Notes: generated by a model from the sequence alone, not told the origin. 64,000 bases of DNA from an uncultured Nitrososphaerales archaeon (GCA_963695855.1 CAVOHZ010000010.1:1536001-1600000); one strand, 5' to 3'; positions 51,169-62,171 are shown, counted from the stretch's first letter. Translations and numbers: made by a program.

Positions 51169-52494
51169 GTGAAAAAAGGTAAAATGCAGCGAAACGATAA
51201 CTCGTTAAAAAAATTTTATGAATTAGATCTAGATGAGAGACTAGATTATATTCAAAATGAAACTAAAATAAAAAAAAAGGATTTACAATTATTAAAAGAT
51301 TTGCCCAAAAATTTTTCTTTTAACAAAATTAACAATATGGTAGAGAATGCAATAGGAATAATACCTATTCCATTAGGAATTGCTACGAATTTTGTAATTA
51401 ATGGAAAAAAATATTTGATACCAGTTTCGATAGAAGAACCTTCAGTTATTGCAGCGGCAAGTAATGCGGCTAAGATCGCCAAGATGGGAGGAGGTTTCAT
51501 AGCTGAAGCTGATGAATCAATAATGATAGGACAAATTCAGCTAGTAGCAAGAAAGAGGAATCACAAAGATCTATTTGCAAGTAAGAAGGAGAGAGAACGG
51601 GTAAAAAAAATAATTACAGATAATAAAAAGGAACTTTTAAAGATTGCAAATTCGAGGAGTAGAACTGTATTAGCTAAAGATATTCAGGTTCGAGAGATAT
51701 TAGATGAGAGTATTAACAATATGGGTTATATGATAATAATAGAATTAATAGTTGATACAAAAGATGCGATGGGGGCTAATGTTATCAATACTATGTGTGA
51801 ATCTATTGCTCCGAAGATTGAAAAATTATCCAATGGAGAAGTAGTTCTCAAAATATTATCAAATTATTCTGTAAATCGATTGGCAAGATGTAAAGCAACT
51901 TTTCCCAAAGAGATGATAGGTGGATCTGAAGGAGTAAATAGGATTCTCTTAGCTTATGCTTTCGCATATTCTGATACGTTTCGAGCAGTTACTCATAATA
52001 AGGGGATAATGAATGGTATTGATGCTTTAGCAATAGCAACTGGACAAGATTTTCGAGCGCTTGAAGCATCTATACATGCATATGCTGCAAGAGATGGTAA
52101 GTATAGATCATTAACAAAATGGTATAAATCTAAAGATGGAGACTTGATTGGAGAAATAGAGGTACCTATGGCTATTGGAATTATTGGAGGAATAGTATCC
52201 GTACATCCCATAGTAAAAGTTGTATTAAACATTCTAGATATAAAAAATGTCAAGGAACTTGCATCGATTTTTGTTGCAATAGGTTTGGCTCAAAATTTTG
52301 CCGCTATCAGGGCATTGGCTAATGAAGGAATTCAGAAGGGTCATATGAAATTACATGCGAGAAATATAGCTCTTACAGCTGGAGCAGAAGAAAATCAAGT
52401 GTATTTTATAGCTGAAAGACTAATAAAAGAAAAAAATGTTAGTGTAAGTAAGGCTAAGGAGATAATTGAATTATTGAATTCAAATAGAATTTAA
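51169..52494 (+). CDS. class II HMG-CoA reductase
   Basis: ENAIG, EEPSVIAA, DAMGAN, THNKGIMNG, GIQKGHMKLH. Confidence 0.93.
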   Translation: MKKGKMQRNDNSLKKFYELDLDERLDYIQNETKIKKKDLQLLKDLPKNFSFNKINNMVENAIGIIPIPLGIATNFVINGKKYLIPVSIEEPSVIAAASNAAKIAKMGGGFIAEADESIMIGQIQLVARKRNHKDLFASKKERERVKKIITDNKKELLKIANSRSRTVLAKDIQVREILDESINNMGYMIIIELIVDTKDAMGANVINTMCESIAPKIEKLSNGEVVLKILSNYSVNRLARCKATFPKEMIGGSEGVNRILLAYAFAYSDTFRAVTHNKGIMNGIDALAIATGQDFRALEASIHAYAARDGKYRSLTKWYKSKDGDLIGEIEVPMAIGIIGGIVSVHPIVKVVLNILDIKNVKELASIFVAIGLAQNFAAIRALANEGIQKGHMKLHARNIALTAGAEENQVYFIAERLIKEKNVSVSKAKEIIELLNSNRI

Positions 52495-52546
52495 TACTCT
52501 TAACAATTAGATATATATCGGATAAACAATTTTTTCTTGTACATTT

Positions 52547-53530
52547 ATGCCTGCTGTAGTTAAATTCGCTGTACCAAAGGGAACTATTGAAGAGGCAACT
52601 TTTAAGATATTAGAAGAGGCTTGGCAAAAAGTCAGTGGAAAAGCAAGAACATATAGAATAAAACTGAGTGATCCTGAAATAGAGGTTAAACTTCTAAGAC
52701 CACAGGAAATTCCCACTTATGTACAAGAAGGACTATATGATATAGGTATCACTGGAAAGGACTGGATAAAGGAAGCAAGAGCGGATGTAAAAATATTGCT
52801 AGATTTAGAGTATGGCAAAGTTAAACAGGTGATTGCAATTCCTGAAAATTTTCAGTTTAACAATTTGGATGATATGATCGCTGAATATGCAAAAAATAAA
52901 AAACCCTTAAGAATATCTTCTGAATACCTTACAACAATAGCAGATCATATAAAATCTAATTCAGCCTATAAAAAATATTTTGGAGATAGTGATCCAATGA
53001 TAATTACACCATGGATAAGAATTGGAGAAAATAAGAATGTAGAAATTTTCCTTTCTTTTGGTGCAACGGAGGCTAAACCGCCTGAGGATGTTGATGCAAT
53101 ATGCGATATTACAGAAACTGGAACAACTTTGATCCAAAATAATCTAAAAATAATAGATAATATAATGGAATCAAGTTCTGTTGTTATAGCGAACAAACAG
53201 TCTATACAAGACGATAAAAAAAGAGAAAAAATTACAGATATGATCGCCTTGTTGAGAGGAGTTGTCGAAGCAAGAAAAAAACTTCATATTTTTGTAAATG
53301 TCAAGAAGGAGAATTTAGATGAGCTACTCGGTAGACTGCCCGCATTGAAACGTCCAACAATCAGTCCTTTGAGTGAGGAAGGGTGGTATGGAGTTAATAC
53401 AATAATCGATAAGAATGAATTCATAAAAATTGTTCCAGTTATGAGAAAAATTGCTCAAGGATTGGTAGTACTACAACCAACGCAGATATTGCCTTTTGAA
53501 GAAATAAAGATAGATAAAGAAGATGGTTAG
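52547..53530 (+). CDS. hisG: ATP phosphoribosyltransferase (long form)
   Basis: AVPKG, RPQEIP, GATE, DITETGTTL, C-terminal regulatory domain. Confidence 0.95.
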   Translation: MPAVVKFAVPKGTIEEATFKILEEAWQKVSGKARTYRIKLSDPEIEVKLLRPQEIPTYVQEGLYDIGITGKDWIKEARADVKILLDLEYGKVKQVIAIPENFQFNNLDDMIAEYAKNKKPLRISSEYLTTIADHIKSNSAYKKYFGDSDPMIITPWIRIGENKNVEIFLSFGATEAKPPEDVDAICDITETGTTLIQNNLKIIDNIMESSSVVIANKQSIQDDKKREKITDMIALLRGVVEARKKLHIFVNVKKENLDELLGRLPALKRPTISPLSEEGWYGVNTIIDKNEFIKIVPVMRKIAQGLVVLQPTQILPFEEIKIDKEDG

Positions 53531-54850
53531 TTGATTAAAAAAATAATTATCAAAAATCCTAAAGATGATGTAGAGAATATAAGATATAATACAATCGATA
53601 ATTTTTCTGAAGAGATTATCAAAAAGATAGGAGAAATAATAGGTAATGTAAGGAAGGATGGAGATCATGCTCTTAAAAAATACACAGAAGAATATGACAG
53701 AGTTATGATTGATTCAATAAGAGTAAATAAAGATGAAATAAAAGACGCTTACAAACAAGTCACAGATGAACAAGTTAAAACTATATACAAAATAAGAGAG
53801 ACTTTAATTGAAAACGATATCATTTTTCTAGAACATATTAAAAAAATATCCCATTTATATTCAAACAATAGAAGGATTAAACGATTTGTTCAACCAATTT
53901 CAAGTGTAGGTTGTTATATTCCAGGAGGTCTTGCAAGATATCCCAGTACATTGGTTATGTGTGCAACACCAGCAAAACTGGCTGGTGTAAAAAGACTTGT
54001 GGCTATTTCCCCTCCACAAAAGAACGGAAATGTAGATCCTTTAACATTGGTTGCAGCAGATATTTGTGGCATAAATGAATTTTACAAGGTAGGAGGAGCA
54101 CAAGGTATAGCAGCATTAGCTTTTGGTACACATAGTATCAAGAGTGTTGACAAAATAGTTGGACCAGGAGGAATTTTCGTTACAATGGCAAAATTATTGG
54201 TTTCAAACAAAGTATCGATAGATATGATGGCTGGTCCAACAGAATTGGTTATTTATGCGAGTTCAGAAACGAATCCTAGGTATGTTGCGTTAGATTTAGT
54301 TTCTCAGGCAGAACATAGCAAAGACACACTATGTGGTGTAGTTACGAATTCATTGGAATTTGCTGATAAAGTCCAAAATGAGGTCAATAAAATTCTGAAA
54401 AAAAATATATCACGTAAAGAATTTGTTTCAGAAAGTTTAAATAAAAATGGATTTATTGCCATAGCTGAAAATGATGATTTAGCGATAGATTTTGTTAATG
54501 AGATAGCTCCAGAACATTTACAAATTATGTCTATAAAAGAGTTAGATATATCAAGAAAAATTAACTCTGCAGGTCTAATACTAATTGGCGAAAATACTCC
54601 TTCTTCTGCAAGCGATTATTGTTTAGGTTCCAATCACGTTCTTCCTACCATGGGTTTTGGGAAATCACGTGCATCACTGTCTGTATTAGACTTTATTAGG
54701 TTTTCAACTATTATAAAATCTACCAAAAATGACCTAAAAAAAATAGAACCTTTTATCAAAACAATAACACAAGAAGAAGGACTTGTCAATCATTATGAAG
54801 CAGTTAAGGGAAGACTCATAGATATTTCACAAACAATAAAGAAAAAATGA
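53531..54850 (+). CDS. hisD: histidinol dehydrogenase
   Basis: YIPGG, GGAQGI, AGPTE, SQAEH, GSNHVLPT. Confidence 0.95.
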   Translation: MIKKIIIKNPKDDVENIRYNTIDNFSEEIIKKIGEIIGNVRKDGDHALKKYTEEYDRVMIDSIRVNKDEIKDAYKQVTDEQVKTIYKIRETLIENDIIFLEHIKKISHLYSNNRRIKRFVQPISSVGCYIPGGLARYPSTLVMCATPAKLAGVKRLVAISPPQKNGNVDPLTLVAADICGINEFYKVGGAQGIAALAFGTHSIKSVDKIVGPGGIFVTMAKLLVSNKVSIDMMAGPTELVIYASSETNPRYVALDLVSQAEHSKDTLCGVVTNSLEFADKVQNEVNKILKKNISRKEFVSESLNKNGFIAIAENDDLAIDFVNEIAPEHLQIMSIKELDISRKINSAGLILIGENTPSSASDYCLGSNHVLPTMGFGKSRASLSVLDFIRFSTIIKSTKNDLKKIEPFIKTITQEEGLVNHYEAVKGRLIDISQTIKKK

Positions 54851-54864
54851 GATGAAAATTAGTT

Positions 54865-55947
54865 ATGCAAAATTGGCTTGAAAAAAAAATTAATGAATTA
54901 GTAAAAATTGAAGCATATATCAAACCTAAAAAAAATGATGGAATAAAACTAGACTCTAATGAAAATCTTGTTTTAAAAAGTGACTTCATTAGAGATATTT
55001 CATTAAAAGTATCAAAAGAAGTTGATCTAAGAGAATACCCATTACAGCAGATTGAAGACTTCTACATGCGACTATCACAATACACAAAAATAAGTAAAAA
55101 GTATTTATCGATAGGCAATGGTTCTGATCAGATAATAGATCTGGTATTATCAATTTTTGGAAAAAAGAATCGAGTAACTACTTTCACTCCTACATTTACA
55201 TACTTTGTAGATAGATGTAAGCTTTATTCTGTTGTAGTAGATAAAGTACCCCTTCGAAAGGAAGATAACTCACTGGATAAACCAGAATTCATCAAAAGTG
55301 CAAAAAAATCTCAAATAATATATATTTGTTCACCAAATAATCCTACAGGAAATCAGATAGAAGAAGCACAATTATTAGAAATTATTAATCAGTTAGATGA
55401 TAAGCTAATAATAATAGATGAGGCATATGTAGAATTTGCTGATTATTCGATTGCTACGAAAATAATAAAAAAAGACAATGTTATAGTTTTGAGGACATTA
55501 TCAAAAGCAGTTGGTTTGGCAGGGGCAAGATTGGGTTATTGTATTTCCAATGAGAAATTTACAAATATTTTCAAATCAGTTATACAATCCCCTTATCCTA
55601 TTAATACCTTATCGCTATGTATAGGCACTGAAATTCTGAAAAATTCTGACTATATTAAAGATGTTGTAAAAGTAATTAAAAAGGAAAGAGAACGTATATA
55701 TGACTATTTGAAATCCACAAAAAGTCGAATCCGAGTTTTTAAAAGCGATGCTAATTTTATTTTCATCCAGATCATAGATATCCATAAATATATCACAATT
55801 CTAGAAACACTAGAAAAGGAAAAAATCAGGGTAAAAGCATTAGGAAAAATTGAAGGCAGAGAAGGAAGATATATTAGAGTAACAATTGGAACGAAAGAAA
55901 TGAATGATAGGTTTTTGAAAGTATTACAGAAAGTATATAATGTATAA
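54865..55947 (+). CDS. hisC: histidinol-phosphate aminotransferase
   Basis: SPNNPTG, DEAY, RTLSKAVGLAGAR. Confidence 0.93.
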   Translation: MQNWLEKKINELVKIEAYIKPKKNDGIKLDSNENLVLKSDFIRDISLKVSKEVDLREYPLQQIEDFYMRLSQYTKISKKYLSIGNGSDQIIDLVLSIFGKKNRVTTFTPTFTYFVDRCKLYSVVVDKVPLRKEDNSLDKPEFIKSAKKSQIIYICSPNNPTGNQIEEAQLLEIINQLDDKLIIIDEAYVEFADYSIATKIIKKDNVIVLRTLSKAVGLAGARLGYCISNEKFTNIFKSVIQSPYPINTLSLCIGTEILKNSDYIKDVVKVIKKERERIYDYLKSTKSRIRVFKSDANFIFIQIIDIHKYITILETLEKEKIRVKALGKIEGREGRYIRVTIGTKEMNDRFLKVLQKVYNV

Positions 55948-56986
55948 AAAAATAACAGAAACAGATTTCATTTCCTCAAATGCAAAATATAACAACATTG
56001 GAGTAACTTCTATTATTGTTGATATTGATGGAGTATTGATAGATGTCAGAAAATCTTATAACGAAGCGATAAAAAAAACAACACAATTTATAACAAATTA
56101 TTTGAAAAAATATCGTTCTAAAAATATTGTTTCAGACAATATAATTTCGAGATTTAGACAGTCAGGAGGATTTAACAACGATACAGATACAAGTTATGCT
56201 ATTACTCTTACTTTGTTATTAAATTGTAATTTTCAAAATGATGATTTGAAAGGAGTTCTTTTTAGAACAGCAGAGAATTTGGATGAAAGTGGAATAATCT
56301 CCGTCGAAAAATTTTTGAAAAAATCATTAAATCACTCTAAAAAAGTGTCAGAGAAAGATGATTTAGATTTTGATAAAATTAGAAAAGACTTGAATTATCC
56401 TGGACCAGTTGGAAAGAGCATAGTTTCTACGGTATTTGATGAATTTTTTTATGGACAAAAATTATTTAGAATGAAGTATGGATTTGATACAAATTATTAT
56501 TTTGGTAAACCATTAATAGAAAATGACAAGATAATAATTACTAACAAAACTATTAGAGCTTTGTCGAAAAAATTCAATGGCAAGATTGCAATGGTTTCTG
56601 GAAGGAGTAAGATAGCTGCTAAGTTTTCATTAGATAGAAAATTCATATTGTTAAATGGTAATAAGAGCATATTTCTTGAAGATGAGAAAAGAAGATATGC
56701 CAAACCAAATCCGCATGGTTTGATAAGAGTAATAAAATGTATGGATTCTAATCATGATATAATATATTGTGGAGATTCGATTGAGGATTCAATAATGGCT
56801 AAAAGAGCCGAAAGAGAGATAAATTTAACAAAGAGGAAAAAAAATGAAAGAACAAAAGTATTTTTTTGTGGAGTATATGGCTGTAGCACTAATCAACGAG
56901 AATTAATTAAAAAATTTAAAGATAAAAATGCAGATTTTATTATTAAAAGCATTAACAATTTACCAAATGTATTAAATAAAGTATGA
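55940..56986 (+). CDS. HAD-superfamily hydrolase, candidate histidinol-phosphate phosphatase
   Basis: DIDGVL, SGR, KPNP, GDSIED; lies between hisC and hisB. Confidence 0.8.
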   Translation: MYKKITETDFISSNAKYNNIGVTSIIVDIDGVLIDVRKSYNEAIKKTTQFITNYLKKYRSKNIVSDNIISRFRQSGGFNNDTDTSYAITLTLLLNCNFQNDDLKGVLFRTAENLDESGIISVEKFLKKSLNHSKKVSEKDDLDFDKIRKDLNYPGPVGKSIVSTVFDEFFYGQKLFRMKYGFDTNYYFGKPLIENDKIIITNKTIRALSKKFNGKIAMVSGRSKIAAKFSLDRKFILLNGNKSIFLEDEKRRYAKPNPHGLIRVIKCMDSNHDIIYCGDSIEDSIMAKRAEREINLTKRKKNERTKVFFCGVYGCSTNQRELIKKFKDKNADFIIKSINNLPNVLNKV

Positions 56987-57001
56987 TAAAAATATACTTA
57001 G

Positions 57002-57619
57002 TTGAATTCTGATTCTCCTGATACCAATGTATCTTACATGAGGCATATGAAGAAGGAAAGGAATACCAAAGAGACGAATATTAAAGTAGAAGTTAATATC
57101 GATGGAATAGGATTAGTTAACATTAGAACAGGATATCCGTTTATTGATCACCTCGTATCAACATTTGGTAAACATAGTATGACAGATATCAACTTGGAAG
57201 CAAAATCAAACGACAAAATATCTCATCACTTAATAGAAGATGTAGCAATAACTATTGGTCAAGCAATAAATAATGCTCTATCAGATAGGACAAAAATTAG
57301 TAGATTTGGATATGCTACTATTCCTATGGATGAATCATTGGCTGTTTCATCGATTGATCTTGTTAAAAGGCAATATTCTAAATTGAATTTAGGACTTGCA
57401 AGAAAAGAAGTTGAAGGAGTATCTAAGGAAGATTTGGAACATTTCATTAAGAGTTTGTTACAAAATATAAATGGATGTATTCACGTGTATGTTCAATATG
57501 GAGAGAACGATCATCACAAGATTGAAGCTGCTATGAAGGCTTTTGCAGTAGCATTTCGAATGGCTGCTAAGATAGATTCCAAACAAACCGACATCCCAAG
57601 TACAAAAGGTGTAATGTAG
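57002..57619 (+). CDS. hisB: imidazoleglycerol-phosphate dehydratase
   Basis: HHLIED, PMDE, NDHHKIEA, PSTKG. Confidence 0.95.
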   Translation: MNSDSPDTNVSYMRHMKKERNTKETNIKVEVNIDGIGLVNIRTGYPFIDHLVSTFGKHSMTDINLEAKSNDKISHHLIEDVAITIGQAINNALSDRTKISRFGYATIPMDESLAVSSIDLVKRQYSKLNLGLARKEVEGVSKEDLEHFIKSLLQNINGCIHVYVQYGENDHHKIEAAMKAFAVAFRMAAKIDSKQTDIPSTKGVM

Positions 57620-57622
57620 ATA

Positions 57623-58243
57623 GTGAGTAAAATAGCAATTTTTGATTATGGTGCTGGCAATCTATATAGTCTGAAATGTGCGTTAGAAAGAAATGGAGCT
57701 AAACAGGTTTCAATTATTAAAACCTTAAAAAATGTTAATAGATATAATGGATTGATTCTTCCTGGAGTTGGAAATTTTGATCCTGCAATAAGATCAATTG
57801 AACCATATAGAGAAAATTTTTGTGATCTCGTAGACAGGAAAATTCCCGTACTTGGAATTTGCCTAGGAATGGAAATGTTATTTAAAAATAGTGAAGAAGG
57901 AGAATTAGAAGGATTGAGAATTTTTGATGGTAATGTGATTATCCTACCTAAAAAGAAAGTTAAAGTTCCACATATGGGTTGGAACAATCTTGATATAACT
58001 AATAAAGATAGCAAAATTTTACGTGGAATAGAAAATGAGGCATGGGTATATTTTGTTCATTCATATTATATCGGTCATGTGAATAAAGATATAATAGTTG
58101 CCAAATCTATTTATGGAAAAGATATACCCGTTGTTATCGAAAAAGACAATATATTTGGAACACAATTTCATCCTGAAAAATCTGGTAGTAACGGTAAAAA
58201 AATAATTAAAAATTTTTTGAATGTGTGTGATAATAAAAAATGA
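57623..58243 (+). CDS. hisH: IGP synthase glutaminase subunit
   Basis: LGICLGM, VPHMGWN, QFHPEKS. Confidence 0.95.
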   Translation: MSKIAIFDYGAGNLYSLKCALERNGAKQVSIIKTLKNVNRYNGLILPGVGNFDPAIRSIEPYRENFCDLVDRKIPVLGICLGMEMLFKNSEEGELEGLRIFDGNVIILPKKKVKVPHMGWNNLDITNKDSKILRGIENEAWVYFVHSYYIGHVNKDIIVAKSIYGKDIPVVIEKDNIFGTQFHPEKSGSNGKKIIKNFLNVCDNKK

Positions 58244-58962
58244 AAATAATACCTGCTATTGATATTCTTGAGGGAAAAGTTGTAAGATTGATTAAGGGAG
58301 ATCCGCAAAACAAAATTGTTTATAGTGATGATCCTATTGAAATTGCAAAAAATTTTGAAAGTTACGAAGTTGACAGAATACATGTTGTAGATCTGGATGC
58401 TACGTTAAGAACAGGATGGAATGACAACAAAAACAACAAAGATATAGTATTGAAAATTATAGAATCAGTAAAAATTCCTGTTCAAGTGGCAGGCGGAATA
58501 AGATCAATTGAAGCTATTAATGAGATGTTGTATGGAAATGCAGAAAAAATTGTGATCGGAACATTGGCATATAAACAGCCAAATGTCTTTCAACAAGTTC
58601 CAAAAGAAAAATTGGAGAAGATAATTGTTTCAATAGATCAAAATAAGGGAATAGTAATGATTGATGGATGGAGACAGCCCTCTGGATTTAAAGTAATTGA
58701 AGCAGTAAAGATCTTTATGGCAAAAGGAATCAAAGAATTTTTGTTAACTACAGTAGAAAGGGATGGTACATTAAATGGACCCGATATAAACATGCTATCT
58801 TACGCATCAAATATTTTCGGTTCAAAAATAATTGCTAGTGGAGGAATTTCAAGTGTTGAAGATATTATAAGAGTAAAAAATATTGGTTGTTCGGCAGTTA
58901 TCCTTGGAAAGTCCATTTATGATAGAAAAATAGATGTAAAAAAAGCAAGAGCGGTTGTCTGA
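58240..58962 (+). CDS. hisA: ProFAR isomerase
   Basis: IIPAID, HVVDLD, GGIR, RDGTL, ASGGI. Confidence 0.95.
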   Translation: MKIIPAIDILEGKVVRLIKGDPQNKIVYSDDPIEIAKNFESYEVDRIHVVDLDATLRTGWNDNKNNKDIVLKIIESVKIPVQVAGGIRSIEAINEMLYGNAEKIVIGTLAYKQPNVFQQVPKEKLEKIIVSIDQNKGIVMIDGWRQPSGFKVIEAVKIFMAKGIKEFLLTTVERDGTLNGPDINMLSYASNIFGSKIIASGGISSVEDIIRVKNIGCSAVILGKSIYDRKIDVKKARAVV

Positions 58963-58965
58963 ATT

Positions 58966-59793
58966 ATGACATTAGCAAAGAGAATCATACCTTGTTTGGA
59001 TGTAGATAATGGAAGAGTAGTTAAGGGAATAAAGTTTAAAGAAGTAAAGGATGCTGGCGATCCGGTAGAATTTGCGAATAGATATACACAACAAGGAGCA
59101 GATGAACTGGTCTTCTTGGATATTACAGCCTCACAACAGAGACGCGAGATAATAAAGAAAGTAGTACAAAATGTAGCAAGGGTAATAGATATTCCATTTA
59201 CAGTAGGTGGCGGAATCAAGAGACTTGAGGATGCGAGAGATATATTATTAAGCGGAGCAGATAAAGTCTCTATCAATACGTCTGCAGTGAAGAATCCTGA
59301 ATTAATTACAGAGCTGATGTCTATTTTTGGAAGACAATGTATAGTTGTTGCGATCGACGTTAAAAAAAAATATAATGATTTAGATACCAAAAAAAAGAAT
59401 ATAATAAAAGAATATGACAAGAACAATAATCTGATTAAAAAATACTGGTTTGAGGTAAGAATTTACGGTGGAAAAGAGGGTACTGGTATAGATGCTATAG
59501 AATGGGCACGAGAAGTAGAAAAATTAGGTGCCGGTGAACTTCTTTTGACAAGCATTGATGCAGATGGAACAGAAGAAGGGTATGATTTGAAATTGAATGA
59601 TGTAATTTGTAAGACAGTAAGTATTCCGGTCATAGCTTCTGGTGGCTGTGGTAAAGCTATGCATATGTTAGAAGTCTTTAAAAAAACGAATGTAGATGCA
59701 GCATTAGCTGCCTCGATATTCCATTATGAAAAATCAACCATAAATAAAGTAAAAAGATTCTTAAAAAGAAATAATATTCATGTGAGAATATAA
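58966..59793 (+). CDS. hisF: IGP synthase cyclase subunit
   Basis: [30 protein letters not shown]. Confidence 0.96.
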   Translation: MTLAKRIIPCLDVDNGRVVKGIKFKEVKDAGDPVEFANRYTQQGADELVFLDITASQQRREIIKKVVQNVARVIDIPFTVGGGIKRLEDARDILLSGADKVSINTSAVKNPELITELMSIFGRQCIVVAIDVKKKYNDLDTKKKNIIKEYDKNNNLIKKYWFEVRIYGGKEGTGIDAIEWAREVEKLGAGELLLTSIDADGTEEGYDLKLNDVICKTVSIPVIASGGCGKAMHMLEVFKKTNVDAALAASIFHYEKSTINKVKRFLKRNNIHVRI

Positions 59794-59871
59794 AAGACAA
59801 AGCGTTATTGGTTAAAGATCAAATTGCAATAAATTTGGAGAAGCAATCGATAAAAATAGTTACAATAATAT

Positions 59872-60183
59872 CTATTTATTCAACCCTTGTAGATGACCCT
59901 CTTGTTCTAATTTGTCAGCGTGGGCGGCAATATACCTCCAGACAATATCAGCTTTATCTGATTGAAAATCCCATGGAGCAAGAAGAACTAGATCATTTTC
60001 TCTGATCCACATTCGTCTTTTAATTTTTCCACGAATACGACATGTACGAATTTTTCCATCAGTACACTTTACAATAACGTTATCTCCTCCTACTAGTTTG
60101 ATAACTCGTCCAAACATTTCTCCTTCATGCGGCATCACAAGCTCCTTAAGCTCAGCCTCATTCAAAACTTTTCTTTTACCTAA
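59872..60183 (-). CDS. eif1a: translation initiation factor aIF1A; probable true start is TTA at 60183 (first standard start is TTG at 60165)
   Basis: RIRGKIKRRMWIR, PWDFQ, IVWRY; frame extends upstream as TTA GGT AAA AGA AAA GTT TTG AAT (xGKRKVLN). Confidence 0.93.
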   Translation of the reverse strand, partial: LGKRKVLNEAELKELVMPHEGEMFGRVIKLVGGDNVIVKCTDGKIRTCRIRGKIKRRMWIRENDLVLLAPWDFQSDKADIVWRYIAAHADKLEQEGHLQGLNK

Positions 60184-60906
60184 ATCTGATCATTCCTTAA
60201 TTAATTTAGATATAGAGTAATTTAAAAATGTATTGGCAGCTGAGAAAGCGCAGTAATATACAAAAATATTAGTTACACCCAATTAAAATTTTGTTGAAGG
60301 ATATCGTTTATACGTGACTGTTCAATCATAATGATGCATGGGATGTATACATATATTTTTTGCAATTATATTAAAAAGGATGTAAAATAATATTTATTAC
60401 AAATCGAATTTATATAAATTCTGATATTATATTTTTTATCTTTTTAATTATGTCCAAATTTAAAGATATTATAAAGTTCTTATTTATAATATCAAGAGAT
60501 TTCTTTAATGAAAAAATGGATAATATACTACTAAATGATTTCGTTAACTTAATTGATAAAAATATGATGTTTCAAAGTTCTATAATGAATTTTATATAAA
60601 TCTATAACTAAATTGATACAACACTTTATTGTATGACAAAGTAGATTTATTTAAGTTGATTGGTACAAAACTGGCAAGAAAGTATCTATTATTTGATGCT
60701 TTCCTTTATAAAGGTACTCTGGATTACAGATATTTTTGGATTTTATTGTAGACTGCTAAAAGAACATAAACTGGAAAGAGTAGTATCAACATCCGTTGTA
60801 GTAAACAAGATAACATATATTGGTTTTTGGGGTATTCTTGTAATATTTATCTATAAATATATTTAATTTCGAATTCCTTTGGTTCTTATACTCTTTATTT
60901 TATAAT

Positions 60907-62130
60907 TTGTTTATAATGGTTGTTGGTATTGAGGTCGGACAGTTCATCCAAGATTTTTCAGTTATTATGATTATTGCATCTGTCATGGCGTTCATCTCAT
61001 TTAAATTTAAACAACCGCTAGTTATTGGTTATATCCTTGCAGGAATGATCATCGGTCCACATACTCCACCATTTAGTTTAATATTAAATCCAGATATTTT
61101 GAATTTGTTTGCAGAAATGGGTATAATTCTTTTGTTATTTGTTGTTGGTATGGAATTTCCTATAGACAAACTACGCAAAATTGGAAAGAAAGCATTAATG
61201 ATAGCAACATCAGAAGCATTTGGAACATTTGTGATAGGTTTTTCTGTAAGTTTCTTTCTACTAAATTTTTCATTTTTCGATTCAGCATTTGTTGCACTTG
61301 CAATTTCAGTTACTAGTACCATCATCATTATGAAGGTATTAGAAGAGCTAGATATAATCAAGGAAGAGGCATCCTATATAGTTCTGGGAGTAGCGGTAAT
61401 GGAAGACATCTTAATTATCTCAATGTTGGCAGTATTACAATCTGTTAGTTCGTCATCAGGGGATCTGTCAATTGTTGATATTTTAATATCTATTAGTATA
61501 ACAATTGCATTTATTTTTGGAGTCTTGTTTTTAGGATCAAAAACTATACCAAAATTTATCAATTTTATTGGCAAATTCAATCAACATGAGGTTCTGATAC
61601 TAGTGGTTCTAGGAGTGGCATTTGGGTTATCCTATATATCTTATCAAATAGGAATCTCAGTAGCAACAGGTGCATTCTTTGCTGGTGTACTGATAGCAGA
61701 ATCAAAAGTTCATGCAGTTACAAGAATTTTAGCAACTCCAATTAGAGATATGTTTGGAGCAATATTTTTTGTATCTGTTGGTGCACTAATGGACATGTCG
61801 TTATTAGTGGTATTTATTATTCCAGCTTCAATCTTGGTGATAGTTTCAATTTCTGCCAAATTTCTTACGGTATTTCTCTCATCAAAATCGCAACGATTTA
61901 GTTCAGCAACTTCTATGAAGGCAGCTTTTGGTCTATCTTCATCAGGAGGAGAACTAGCACTTGTTGTAGCAAAAGGTGGAGCAGATACAGGTCTTACAAG
62001 TGCATTTCTTCTTCCAATGATAGGAGCAATGACCATAATTACAACATTTATCTCGCCTTATATGATTAAACTAGGTTGGAAACTACCAGATAAGATACTA
62101 TCATCTAAAAATGAAGAAAAAGATAGATAA
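60907..62130 (+). CDS. CPA2-family cation:proton antiporter (paralogue of 36191-37462)
   Basis: GYILAGMIIGPHTPPF, VMEDI, GAFFAG, FFVSVG. Confidence 0.9.
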   Translation: MFIMVVGIEVGQFIQDFSVIMIIASVMAFISFKFKQPLVIGYILAGMIIGPHTPPFSLILNPDILNLFAEMGIILLLFVVGMEFPIDKLRKIGKKALMIATSEAFGTFVIGFSVSFFLLNFSFFDSAFVALAISVTSTIIIMKVLEELDIIKEEASYIVLGVAVMEDILIISMLAVLQSVSSSSGDLSIVDILISISITIAFIFGVLFLGSKTIPKFINFIGKFNQHEVLILVVLGVAFGLSYISYQIGISVATGAFFAGVLIAESKVHAVTRILATPIRDMFGAIFFVSVGALMDMSLLVVFIIPASILVIVSISAKFLTVFLSSKSQRFSSATSMKAAFGLSSSGGELALVVAKGGADTGLTSAFLLPMIGAMTIITTFISPYMIKLGWKLPDKILSSKNEEKDR

Positions 62131-62171
62131 ATAAAAAATTAATATTAAATCATATGTCAGTATTAATTATC

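Noticed and set aside
60660-60866. 68-aa ORF in the AT-rich gap before the second antiporter
   Set aside because: TTG start, no motif, no other support
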